Notes under the pieces: generated by a model
Database searches by the model: none
Told to the model about the DNA's origin: nothing
Seen by the model: the letters and a program-made list of their open reading frames with translations, nothing else
Part shown: in pieces, positions 14,936 through 23,955 of the stretch
Layout: each line of letters opens with the position of its first letter
Position numbering within the stretch: the first letter of the stretch is position 1
Position numbers and translations under genes: made by a program
Source: an uncultured Muribaculaceae bacterium
GTDB taxonomy: Bacteria > Bacillota_I > Bacilli_A > RF39 > UBA660
Assembly: GCA_964384115.1 (NCBI GenBank)
Contig: CAYLJU010000005.1
Location: 18,199 to 50,198, forward strand
Direction of reading: 5' to 3'
DNA length: 32,000 bases

Positions 14936-16573
14936 ATGGGCTTTGATATAGAATCAATTAAAAGGAAAATGCTTGTAAAATATCCTTTTTTTGGAAGCGT
15001 AGTAGCTAATGTAGATTATAAGGCAAATAAAAGTGTACCAACAGCAGGAACAGACGGTAAAGTAATACATTATAATCCAGATTTCTTAGCAAATTTAAGT
15101 GTTGAAGAGCAAACTTTTATATTTGCTCATGAAGTGTGCCACATTGCCTTTAATCATATTTTGAGAAGTGAAGGAAAAGATCCTGCTATTTGGAATACGG
15201 CAACAGATGCTGTTATTAATGCTTTTTTAAAACGTGATGGTTTGAAAATGGTTGAAGGTGGAGTAGATATGGCAGATGCTATTAACTATGATGCTGAACA
15301 ATTATATGAAAAATTATTACAAGAAAAACAACAACAACAGCAACAACAAGGACAAGGAAATCAATCTCAACAGCAAAATGGACAACAAGGTCAACAAGGA
15401 CAGTCACAACAAAATCAAAGTGGTCAAGGTAGCTCTGGAGAGCAAAACCAACAAGAGCAATCACAAGATTCACAATCTCAATCTCAAAATGGTCAAGAAC
15501 AATCACAAAATTCTGAAAGTCAAAGTGGTCAAGAAGATAGTTCAGGTAGTGGAAGTTCATCTGGCTCTGATGGCGAAGAACAAGAAAAACAACAAAGTGG
15601 TAGTCAAAGTGGTGGAGGTTCTTCATCAGATTCTGATTCACAAGAAAAGAAGAATGATAGTTCTTCAGGAAGTGGAGATTCATCTTCGCAAGAAGAAAAA
15701 CAAGACGTTGGACATGATACACATAGTATGTGGGAAGATGCAATAAAAAAACATAAAGAAGAACAAGCAAAAAAAGATAAAAAAGAAAGTTTATTAGATA
15801 AATTATTTAATAGAGATAAACAAGAAAAAACACCAAAACAAAGCGAAATTGAAAAGAAACAAGAAGAAATTGAACAACTAGGAGAAAAAGAAGCGTTTAA
15901 GAAAAATTTAGAGGAAAAGAAAAAAGAACTTGAAGAATTAAAAAAAGCATTGTCGCAACAAGCTATGGGTCCAGGTTCTTCAACAAATAGAGATGTTAGA
16001 AATATAACAGATATAGGAAGAGCAAAACCATTAATAGATTGGCGTTATGTATTAAGAGAAGCAATAAAATATGATGTTGATTGGTCATATAGAAATGCAA
16101 CGATTGAAGATGGTGTAATAAGTGCAAATTTAGAAGAACAACCGATGCCAGAAACTGAGATTGTATTAGATACAAGTGGTTCAATTAATGAAACACTATT
16201 AAAAAATTTCTTGAGAGAATGTAAAAATATATTACAACATTCAAGATTAAAGGTAGGATGTTTTGATACAGAGTTTTATGGATTTCACGAAATAAGAACA
16301 GAAGAAGATATTGAAAATATGAGATTTGAAGGTGGAGGAGGAACTGACTTTGATGTAGCAGTTGGTGCTTTCTCAAGAAGGGTAGAAAATAAGATAATCT
16401 TTACAGATGGTGATGCTTATATGCCTGAAATGCCACTTGATGCAATTTGGATAGTATTTGGTGGAATTGAAATAAATCCAAAAGGTGGAAAAGTAATACA
16501 AATTGATGATGAGCAACTTGATAGGTTATATTCATACGAAATGGATACTCAATCAAAAGGTAGATCAAGATAG
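14936..16573 (+). CDS. metallopeptidase-like (HExxH) / vWA-like two-domain protein (DUF2201-type partner of MoxR-like ATPases)
   Basis: HEVCH at 15128-15142, a Q/S/G/E-rich low-complexity linker (about 15320-15705), a K/E-rich coiled coil, and a C-terminal vWA with MIDAS DTSGS (16169-16183), GGGTDF and FTDGD. Confidence 0.85.
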   Translation: MGFDIESIKRKMLVKYPFFGSVVANVDYKANKSVPTAGTDGKVIHYNPDFLANLSVEEQTFIFAHEVCHIAFNHILRSEGKDPAIWNTATDAVINAFLKRDGLKMVEGGVDMADAINYDAEQLYEKLLQEKQQQQQQQGQGNQSQQQNGQQGQQGQSQQNQSGQGSSGEQNQQEQSQDSQSQSQNGQEQSQNSESQSGQEDSSGSGSSSGSDGEEQEKQQSGSQSGGGSSSDSDSQEKKNDSSSGSGDSSSQEEKQDVGHDTHSMWEDAIKKHKEEQAKKDKKESLLDKLFNRDKQEKTPKQSEIEKKQEEIEQLGEKEAFKKNLEEKKKELEELKKALSQQAMGPGSSTNRDVRNITDIGRAKPLIDWRYVLREAIKYDVDWSYRNATIEDGVISANLEEQPMPETEIVLDTSGSINETLLKNFLRECKNILQHSRLKVGCFDTEFYGFHEIRTEEDIENMRFEGGGGTDFDVAVGAFSRRVENKIIFTDGDAYMPEMPLDAIWIVFGGIEINPKGGKVIQIDDEQLDRLYSYEMDTQSKGRSR

Positions 16574-16584
16574 ATAAAAAGAGG

Positions 16585-16612
16585 TTTAGAAATAGATTCT
16601 AAATCTTTTTTT
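16585..16612 (+). terminator. rho-independent terminator ending the DGR-target operon
   Basis: Stem tttagaa/ttctaaa with loop ataga, then tc and a T7 run. Confidence 0.55.
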
Positions 16613-16708
16613 GATGCAAATTAGATAAAACAAGGTAGAAATGGCTTTGTTATTAGGAAAATAAAGGATTTTTATGTTATAATTAATATATAATGAGATG
16701 GTGATTTT

Positions 16709-16936
16709 ATGGTTGTAGAAGAGTTGAAGAAAAAGTTTGAAACTGAAAAAGAAGTAAAATTTAAATTATATAGTTTGGAATATATAATTCAAGAAGAAGA
16801 TAGCAAAGTAATTATATATCCGTTGTTATATAGTTCAAAAAAGAATGTTTATAATTCATTTGATGAAGTTTTATATAACTATACGATTTACAATGAAAGT
16901 ATTATTGATAATTTAGATAGATTAATAATACTTTGA
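16709..16936 (+). CDS. small hypothetical protein
   Basis: 75-aa ORF. No motif. Confidence 0.4.
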   Translation: MVVEELKKKFETEKEVKFKLYSLEYIIQEEDSKVIIYPLLYSSKKNVYNSFDEVLYNYTIYNESIIDNLDRLIIL

Positions 16937-16945
16937 GGAGGACGT

Positions 16946-17503
16946 ATGAATAAATTAGTAAATACAGATTCAACCATAAATTTAGAATATGTGAAAATAG
17001 ATAAAGATAATTTTGAAATTGGGTACAACATTCAAAAACAGATTTGGGAAGATGAACCAGATTACGAAAATTTCAAAAGCAAAGCAAATAGCAATGATGC
17101 TGATAATATGTCTTGGTTAGTTTTTTATAACAATATGCCTATTGGTATTACTGGAGTTTTTACTGAAGACTTTGATGGAGAAACAATATGGTTAGATTGG
17201 TACGGAATATTACCTGAATATAGAAAACAAGGATTAGGTAAAAAAATATTATTAGATACAATTGAATATTGTAAGAAATTAGATAAATATGAGTATTTGA
17301 GATTAGATACAACATATTGGGGTGGAAGACCTGCAATTTCTTTGTATGATAGTGTTATGACATTTAAAGAAAAGTATGTTGCTGAAGATACAGAAGTTTC
17401 TCACAATTGGTGGATTTATACATATAGTTTGAAAGGTAAAAAAGAATACTGGAACAATAGAATTATTGGATTAAGTGATTATTATAATAACTTAAAAGAT
17501 TAG
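16946..17503 (+). CDS. GNAT-family N-acetyltransferase
   Basis: Acetyl-CoA-binding motif A: YGILPEYRKQGLGKKIL. Confidence 0.8.
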   Translation: MNKLVNTDSTINLEYVKIDKDNFEIGYNIQKQIWEDEPDYENFKSKANSNDADNMSWLVFYNNMPIGITGVFTEDFDGETIWLDWYGILPEYRKQGLGKKILLDTIEYCKKLDKYEYLRLDTTYWGGRPAISLYDSVMTFKEKYVAEDTEVSHNWWIYTYSLKGKKEYWNNRIIGLSDYYNNLKD

Positions 17504-17512
17504 GTGATAAAT

Positions 17513-18964
17513 ATGAGAATAGGAATAGATATTGATAATGTTATTTCAACTTTTAATGAAGACTTATTAAAAGAATACATAAATCATGATAAAGAGTTAA
17601 GAAATACAGGAGTTATAAATGAAAAAGCTGATTATATAAGAAGAGGTATGTTTGATTGGTCGGAAACAGAAGAAAAAACTTTTTATAAGAACAATATTGA
17701 AAGAATTGCTAAAAATCTAAAAGTAAAAGAAGGAGCGAAAGAATATATAGACAAATTGAGAGAAGATGGTCATTATATTTGTATTATAACAGGTAGAGAT
17801 AATGGAGAATATTCTGATCCTTATAGCATGACGAAAGAATGGTTAGATAACAATTTAATTAAATATGATAAGTTGATTTTAACAGACGCTTATACAAAAA
17901 AAGAGAAAGCAATTAAGTGTTTAGAAAATAATATTGATATTATGATAGATGACTCTGTTGGTATATGCAAATGTTGCATTGAAAATAATATTAAAACATT
18001 TTTAATGGATACACCATATAATAAATTTGCAGACATACCTAGAGTAAATAGTTGGAAAGAATTTTATGAGGTGATAAGTAATATGCCAAAGAAAAAAGTA
18101 ATATTAGATACAGATATGTATAACGAAATTGATGATCAATTTGCATTAACTTATTTAATAAAATCTTTAGATGTGTTTGAATTAGAGGCGATAACAATTG
18201 CACCATTTTCAAAAAGTGGATATGCAAATACTATGACTATTGAAGATGGTACTGAAAAAAGTTATGAAACCACTTTAAATATATTAGATATGCTTAATAA
18301 ATCTAAATATAAAGATATTGTTTATAAAGGTGCAACAAAATATTTTAAAGATAGTAAAGAATCAAATGAAGCTGTTGAAAAGATTATAGAAATAGCCACT
18401 AAAAATGATAAAACTACAATATTAGCAATAGGTGCTATAACTAATGTTGCTTTAGCAGTAGAGAAAGCCCCAGAGATAATTAATAAAATAAAAGTAGTAT
18501 GGTTAGGTGGAAATACTTTTTTAACTAAAGATAATAGTGAATTTAATTTTAGACAAGATATACCAGCAGTTCAAAAAGTATTTGATTCTAAAGTAGAATT
18601 AGTTGTTATACCTTGTAGAAATGTTGCTTCTAATTTATCAACAACAATCTATGAATTAGAGCATTATTTAAGCAAAGATACAGAGTTAAATAAATATTTA
18701 TGTGATATATTTGTAAAATGTAAGAAATCATTTATGAAAGAACCTAAAGATGAAATTGGTTCTAGTAAAACATTATGGGATTTAAGTGCTATTGCTTATG
18801 AGATTAACGCCGATTGGTTTAAATCAGAATTAATTAGTTGTCCTATTGTTTTAGATAATGGATTATATGAACAGACAACAGATAGACATAATATTATATT
18901 TGTTAATGATTTATATAGAAATAAAATATATCAAGATTTCTTTATAAAGATGGAGCAACAATAA
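17513..18964 (+). CDS. fusion protein: HAD/NT5C-like 5'(3')-nucleotidase plus inosine-uridine-preferring nucleoside hydrolase
   Basis: N-terminal half: IGIDIDNV (DxDxV), ICIITGR, IMIDDS. C-terminal half: VILDTDMYNEIDDQFAL (the IUNH DxDxxxDD signature). ATG at 17513 is preferred over the GTG at 17504. Confidence 0.8.
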   Translation: MRIGIDIDNVISTFNEDLLKEYINHDKELRNTGVINEKADYIRRGMFDWSETEEKTFYKNNIERIAKNLKVKEGAKEYIDKLREDGHYICIITGRDNGEYSDPYSMTKEWLDNNLIKYDKLILTDAYTKKEKAIKCLENNIDIMIDDSVGICKCCIENNIKTFLMDTPYNKFADIPRVNSWKEFYEVISNMPKKKVILDTDMYNEIDDQFALTYLIKSLDVFELEAITIAPFSKSGYANTMTIEDGTEKSYETTLNILDMLNKSKYKDIVYKGATKYFKDSKESNEAVEKIIEIATKNDKTTILAIGAITNVALAVEKAPEIINKIKVVWLGGNTFLTKDNSEFNFRQDIPAVQKVFDSKVELVVIPCRNVASNLSTTIYELEHYLSKDTELNKYLCDIFVKCKKSFMKEPKDEIGSSKTLWDLSAIAYEINADWFKSELISCPIVLDNGLYEQTTDRHNIIFVNDLYRNKIYQDFFIKMEQQ

Positions 18965-19488
18965 TGAAAATATATTTAGCAAGACATGGTCAAGTTCCAC
19001 ATAATGCTTCTCATCAGTATAATACTAAAGATGAAGATTTAACAGATATTGGAATAAAACAAGCATTAGAAGTAAAAGAAAAAATAAAAGATATTGATTT
19101 TGATATAGTTATTTCATCACCATTAATTAGAGCTAAACATACTGCTGAAATAATTACTAAAAATAGTGATAAGATAATTTTTGATGATAGAATAAGAGAG
19201 CGTAGCTGTGGTAGTTTAAGTGGACAACCTTTAGAAGTGACAAACAGAGAAGAGTATTGGAATTATTATACGGATATTCAGTATGGGACTAGCGAAAATA
19301 TACAAGAATTTTTTAAGAGAGTATATAACTTTTTAGATGAATTAAAAACAAAAGATTACCAAAAGGTTTTGATAGTAGGACATAGTGGAATCTCAAAAGC
19401 ATTTAATGGATATTTTGAAGGAATCCAAGATGGTAAATTTTTAAATAGAGGTCTTAAAAATTGTGAAATTAAGGAGTATGAATTATGA
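18964..19488 (+). CDS. histidine phosphatase family protein (phosphoglycerate-mutase-like)
   Basis: IYLARHGQ (RHG motif) and VGHSG. The start overlaps the upstream stop by 1 nt. Confidence 0.85.
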   Translation: MKIYLARHGQVPHNASHQYNTKDEDLTDIGIKQALEVKEKIKDIDFDIVISSPLIRAKHTAEIITKNSDKIIFDDRIRERSCGSLSGQPLEVTNREEYWNYYTDIQYGTSENIQEFFKRVYNFLDELKTKDYQKVLIVGHSGISKAFNGYFEGIQDGKFLNRGLKNCEIKEYEL

Positions 19489-20060
19489 AACTAACTAGCG
19501 ATGATGCTTTAAGATTATTAAATGAAGCAGAAAAAACAACAGCAGATTTGGGATGGATAAGACATTCAAAATGTGTTGGCGAAACTGCTGAAGTAATTGC
19601 AAAAAAACTTAATTTAGATACGGATAAAGCAAAAGCATTAGGTTATATTCATGATATTGGTAAAAGAACTGGTGAGTTTAAAAATCATGTTATGAATGGA
19701 TATAATTATTTAAAAGAATTAGGTTATGATGGTGAGTATTGCAATATATGTTTAACTCATTCATATTTAAATAATGATTATATGTGTACAGCTGGTGGTA
19801 TTCCAACTGATATACCGTTTAGAACAGAGTTTATTAAAAATCACGAATATACTATTTATGAGAAAATAATAAATTTATGTGATTTAATGTGTACAAGTAA
19901 GAGAATGTTATTAGAGCAAAGAATAATAGAAATAATGCTTCGCAGAGGATGTCATGAAAACACAGTTTATCATATTACTGAAGCACAAAAATTAAAGAAT
20001 GAAATAGATGAATTGTTGGGATGTTCAGTATATTCTTTATTTGAAGATATAAAAATTTAA
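19485..20060 (+). CDS. HD-domain phosphohydrolase
   Basis: RHSKCV...ALGYIHDIGK (H...HD motif). ATGA overlap with the upstream gene. Confidence 0.8.
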   Translation: MKLTSDDALRLLNEAEKTTADLGWIRHSKCVGETAEVIAKKLNLDTDKAKALGYIHDIGKRTGEFKNHVMNGYNYLKELGYDGEYCNICLTHSYLNNDYMCTAGGIPTDIPFRTEFIKNHEYTIYEKIINLCDLMCTSKRMLLEQRIIEIMLRRGCHENTVYHITEAQKLKNEIDELLGCSVYSLFEDIKI

Positions 20061-20081
20061 TTAGTTAAAGGAGAATTACAG

Positions 20082-20552
20082 ATGTTAGAAAAGTTAAAAG
20101 ACAAATATGTATTTTTTGATATAGATGGAACATTATCAGAGTACAGGTATGATGATCAATTATACGGAGGTAGATGTCCAGAATTAGGTTGTCAATCACT
20201 AGAAAATTTATTATTTTCTGATTTATATTACAAAGCAAGACCATTGAAAAATATGCAAAAATTAATAGAAGGATTAGATCCTGATAAAGTGTTTATAATA
20301 GGAGCTATAACTACAAATAATGAAATGGAACAAAAGTATTTGTGGTTAAAAGAAAATTATCCTAGTATAAAAAAAGAACATATATTCTTTATAAGTTCTA
20401 CTATGTTAAAACCAGAAGTTATAATTGAATGTTGCAAGCATTTTCATATTTTGTTTGAAAAAATAGTATTTGTTGATGATAGACTTGATGTTTTAAGAAA
20501 AGCTGAAGAAGAAGGAATGACGGCTTATCATCCAAGCTCATTTGTGGAATAG
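20082..20552 (+). CDS. HAD-superfamily hydrolase (nucleotidase-like)
   Basis: FFDIDGTL (DxDGT) and VFVDDR (motif IV). Confidence 0.7.
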   Translation: MLEKLKDKYVFFDIDGTLSEYRYDDQLYGGRCPELGCQSLENLLFSDLYYKARPLKNMQKLIEGLDPDKVFIIGAITTNNEMEQKYLWLKENYPSIKKEHIFFISSTMLKPEVIIECCKHFHILFEKIVFVDDRLDVLRKAEEEGMTAYHPSSFVE

Positions 20553-20557
20553 AATTT

Positions 20558-21742
20558 ATGAAAAGATTATTAAAGATAAGTTTTGATTTAGCGCTTTTAT
20601 CATTTATACCAATATTATCCTGGTTTTGTTTAAGTTTAATAATAGATAAAAATTTAATTAATATATTCACATTAACTTATCCAATACAATTTATTTGGTA
20701 TATATTAAAATCAATATTTTCAACTGGGGCTAATATAAGTAAAGAGAAAGATAAAAACGATAATGCAGTAATGTCTGGAATAGTTCTTGGAAGTATAATA
20801 GCAATCCTAATTTTTGGATTTATAGTAATTAACATAGAACAATATATTAATTTTATGAATATGGATATAACAATATATAAAACATTTGCTATATATTCAG
20901 TTATTCAACTTTTTATTCAATTAGTGTTTGCATTTGTATTGGAAAAGTTATATTATGAAGAGAAAAATGATATTGCTAATAAATATTCACTAGGATTTAA
21001 CTTATTAAATTTTATAGTGTTAATTGGAAGTTCGCTATTATGTAAAAATCAAACTATTATAATAACAATTACTTTATTATCTATTTTAATTTATACTATA
21101 TATGTTGCTATAAAATCTTTTAATAGATTCAAATTTAAACTTAATATTTTAAAATGTATTAAATATGATTCTGTTGAATTATTTAATAATATTGCCTTTT
21201 TCTTTATCTTCTTGTTTGGATTAAGCAATGCGATGGAATTTGGTGAACAATATACATTAGCTTTAACTTTTGTTGCATTAATAACTGATACTCAATGGGA
21301 TGTATATGATGCAATTTCAATAGCAGCTAAAATTGATATAAGTAAAGAAAAATTTAATTATAAAGAACATAGAAATAATGCTTATAAGTTATTATTAATT
21401 TTATTATCTACTGTATTTTTAATGTTTGTAGTGTTATATAGATTTTATGAATTAGATATGATGTTGGTAGCAATTTATTTTAGTTTTGAATTAATTAATT
21501 TCTCAATTTATCCGATTTATAAATTAAAGACTTGTTATTTGCAATTAGAATATTCTGCGATAAAAACAACAGTAAATAAAATGGTAGCTAGTGGATTGAG
21601 AATGTTTATTTCATTATTAAAAACTCCATTTTGTACAGGACTAGGACAAGTTAGTTCGTCAATATATCAGTTTGTTTCATTAAATATTATATTTAATAAT
21701 AATTATAAAATAGAGCAAAATGGATTTATTAAAAGAAAATAA
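20558..21742 (+). CDS. polytopic membrane protein (about 10 or more TM segments), unknown function
   Basis: Hydrophobic throughout. No motif recognised; possibly a flippase/transporter-like protein. Confidence 0.6.
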   Translation: MKRLLKISFDLALLSFIPILSWFCLSLIIDKNLINIFTLTYPIQFIWYILKSIFSTGANISKEKDKNDNAVMSGIVLGSIIAILIFGFIVINIEQYINFMNMDITIYKTFAIYSVIQLFIQLVFAFVLEKLYYEEKNDIANKYSLGFNLLNFIVLIGSSLLCKNQTIIITITLLSILIYTIYVAIKSFNRFKFKLNILKCIKYDSVELFNNIAFFFIFLFGLSNAMEFGEQYTLALTFVALITDTQWDVYDAISIAAKIDISKEKFNYKEHRNNAYKLLLILLSTVFLMFVVLYRFYELDMMLVAIYFSFELINFSIYPIYKLKTCYLQLEYSAIKTTVNKMVASGLRMFISLLKTPFCTGLGQVSSSIYQFVSLNIIFNNNYKIEQNGFIKRK

Positions 21743-21771
21743 GGTTTATATATAAGTATAAATCTTTTTTT
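21743..21771 (+). terminator. rho-independent terminator
   Basis: Stem ggtttata/tataaatc (one G-U pair) with loop tataag, then a T7 run. Confidence 0.5.
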
Positions 21772-21811
21772 ATGTTATAATTAAATAGAAAGACAAATAA
21801 TAATTTGTAGT

Positions 21812-21840
21812 GCAAATCAAAGAAAGATTTGCTTTTTTTT
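21812..21840 (+). terminator. rho-independent terminator (second, tandem)
   Basis: Stem gcaaatc/gatttgc with loop aaagaaa, then a T8 run. Confidence 0.55.
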
Positions 21841-21915
21841 AAATTTTAGTGTGATATTTTTGTTATTTCATTAGTTATTATAGTGAAAGCTTTCAAAAGC
21901 AACGGAGGTGGTATA

Positions 21916-22386
21916 TTGGATAATCAATTTATTAGAATCTTTAATTTATACAAAAATGATATATATAGATTAGCATATAGTTATACTAAAAATATATCCG
22001 ACTCTGATGATATAACTCAAAATACATTTATTAAGTTATATAAGCATATTGATATATTGAATAATCAGGATCAAGATATAAAAAAATGGCTTATTACGGT
22101 TACTATTAATGAATGTAAAACTTTTTTACTATCATCTTGGAAAAAAAAGATTATTGCATTTACAGAAAAAGAAGAAAATACATTGTCAACCACTTTACCT
22201 GACAATTATCTTTTAGAGGCAATATTACAATTACCCAAAAAATATAGAACTATAATTTTTCTATATTATTATGAAAATTATAAAATCAAAGAAATATCAG
22301 AGATATTAAATATATCAGTAACAAATATTCAAACTATATTATCTCGTGCTAGAAAAAAATTGAAAGAAATTTTAAAGGAGGCATAA
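21916..22386 (+). CDS. ECF-type RNA polymerase sigma factor
   Basis: Region 2 (DDITQNTFIKLYKH) and region 4 (IKEISEILNISVTNIQTILSRARKKLKE). TTG at 21916 after GGAGGTGG is more likely than the GTG at 21883. Confidence 0.8.
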   Translation: MDNQFIRIFNLYKNDIYRLAYSYTKNISDSDDITQNTFIKLYKHIDILNNQDQDIKKWLITVTINECKTFLLSSWKKKIIAFTEKEENTLSTTLPDNYLLEAILQLPKKYRTIIFLYYYENYKIKEISEILNISVTNIQTILSRARKKLKEILKEA

Positions 22387-22389
22387 CAA

Positions 22390-23145
22390 ATGAATAAGAA
22401 AATAAAAAATGCTTTCTCGGATGTTTGTGTTTCCGAGAAATTAGAAAGGAATATTTTGAATATGACAGTAAATAAGCAAAAACAAACTCATAGAAGATTC
22501 AAATTATCTTATGTATGTTCTATCGCAGTAGCAGTATGTTTATTATCAGTTACAGTTGTATATGCAAAAGAAATTAAAGAGTTTTTTCAAAATTGGAGTA
22601 CATCAATTAAATTAGAAAACGGTACAGAAGTAAAAATATCAGAAAATAATAATTTTAAAGAAATACCTGCAGATGCTATAAAAGTAAAGGAAAATTCAGA
22701 AAGTCCTAAAATGACATTTGAAGAAGTTGAAGAAATGCTAAAATTTTCAATTCTTAAACTTCCAGAAAACAATACAAAGGAAATATATTATAGAACATTT
22801 TTAAATGATGATGGTTCTATTGGTAGAGTTGATTTATGGATTCCATATTTTTATAAAGAAAATGATAATAAATATATTAGTGTATTAGTAGATATGCTTA
22901 ATAAATATGCTGATGAGGGATATGTATTAGCTTTTCAAGAAGGTATTGATGCGACTGGAAACAAAAATATTGAAAATTCATATACATCAGAAAACTTAAA
23001 TACAAATGTTGTAGTATATACAAATGATTGGAGTTCTGAAAGATTAACAGCTACATTTGTATATGATGATATTTTATATCAATTTATAGGAAAAAATATT
23101 TCAAAAGATGAAATGACTTATATAATAGAAACATTAAAATATTAA
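22390..23145 (+). CDS. membrane-anchored putative anti-sigma factor
   Basis: Immediately follows the ECF sigma gene. Short cytoplasmic N-terminus, a single TM (YVCSIAVAVCLLSVTVVYA) and an extracytoplasmic domain. Confidence 0.55.
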   Translation: MNKKIKNAFSDVCVSEKLERNILNMTVNKQKQTHRRFKLSYVCSIAVAVCLLSVTVVYAKEIKEFFQNWSTSIKLENGTEVKISENNNFKEIPADAIKVKENSESPKMTFEEVEEMLKFSILKLPENNTKEIYYRTFLNDDGSIGRVDLWIPYFYKENDNKYISVLVDMLNKYADEGYVLAFQEGIDATGNKNIENSYTSENLNTNVVVYTNDWSSERLTATFVYDDILYQFIGKNISKDEMTYIIETLKY

Positions 23146-23160
23146 ATTACAATTTATAGA

Positions 23161-23190
23161 GCAGATCTAATACAAAGATTTGCTTTTTTT
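23161..23190 (+). terminator. rho-independent terminator
   Basis: Stem gcagatct/agatttgc (one G-U pair) with loop aatacaa, then a T7 run. Confidence 0.55.
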
Positions 23191-23237
23191 CATCTTTTGT
23201 GTTATTATATACAGCAATTCAAAAAGGGGTGTTTTGG

Positions 23238-23939
23238 ATGGCTACAAAATTACAAAAAATGAAATGGGATTTGCATTGTTATAAAGAAAGACTATTATTA
23301 ATTTGGGGATTAAAAAACGGTTTGATTATACCTTATGATGACGAGTTAATTGAAAAACTAAGAAAAGTATATTATGGAGGAATACCAGCATCAGTAATAT
23401 TATTATCTAATGGTATGACTAATGGTCATTGTTATGATAGGGCATTATTAATGTCAAGGGCTTTTTTAGAAGATGAAGGAGATGTTCAATTACTTTATGC
23501 GACAATAGATAGTTTAAAATTGAATCCTAAATTCATTTGTGACGATCCTTTATATGCAGACCATTGTATTGTTGAAAGAATAACAAAAGATGGAAGACAT
23601 TTAATTTATGATACTTCGGCTGGATTTATTTATGACAAAAAACTATATTGGTTAATGGAAAATCCAAAAGTTAGAAAAGTTAATAGTAAAGAATCTATTA
23701 AAAGGTTTATAGAAGATGATGAAGATCGCTATCCTGAAGATGTAGATAGAGATAAATATGCTGCTCCTTTAATATTACCTATGATTGAAATGACTTTTGG
23801 AAGACCTACTGAGATGTATTCAGCCAAAGGAATAGAATTATTGCAAAGAGAGATTGAACATTATAAACAACAAATTAATTATGATGGTGTAGTTGAAGAA
23901 ATAGACCAGGATATGAGAAGATTAGGAATAAGAAAGTAA
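23238..23939 (+). CDS. transglutaminase-like/papain-fold Cys-His-Asp protein (paralog A)
   Basis: GHCYDRA ... ADHCIVE ... LIYDTS, in the spacing of a C-H-D triad. ATG at 23238 after AAGGGGTG is preferred over the track start at 23199. Confidence 0.55.
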   Translation: MATKLQKMKWDLHCYKERLLLIWGLKNGLIIPYDDELIEKLRKVYYGGIPASVILLSNGMTNGHCYDRALLMSRAFLEDEGDVQLLYATIDSLKLNPKFICDDPLYADHCIVERITKDGRHLIYDTSAGFIYDKKLYWLMENPKVRKVNSKESIKRFIEDDEDRYPEDVDRDKYAAPLILPMIEMTFGRPTEMYSAKGIELLQREIEHYKQQINYDGVVEEIDQDMRRLGIRK

Positions 23940-23955
23940 AAAGGGAGAATAAAGT

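Noticed and set aside
15276-15770. Long ORFs in the +2 frame (15276-15746) and on the minus strand (15282-15770).
   Set aside because: They lie entirely within the CAA/AGT/GGT low-complexity tract of the vWA gene. Their products are compositional artefacts (N/K/V-rich or V/L/F/H-rich) with no start context.
2920-16612. Calling the island a prophage or an ICE.
   Set aside because: The window contains no integrase/recombinase, capsid, tail, terminase, relaxase or T4SS genes. Only regulatory, toxin, replication-initiator-like and DGR genes are present. The element type and its right boundary therefore cannot be assigned from this sequence.
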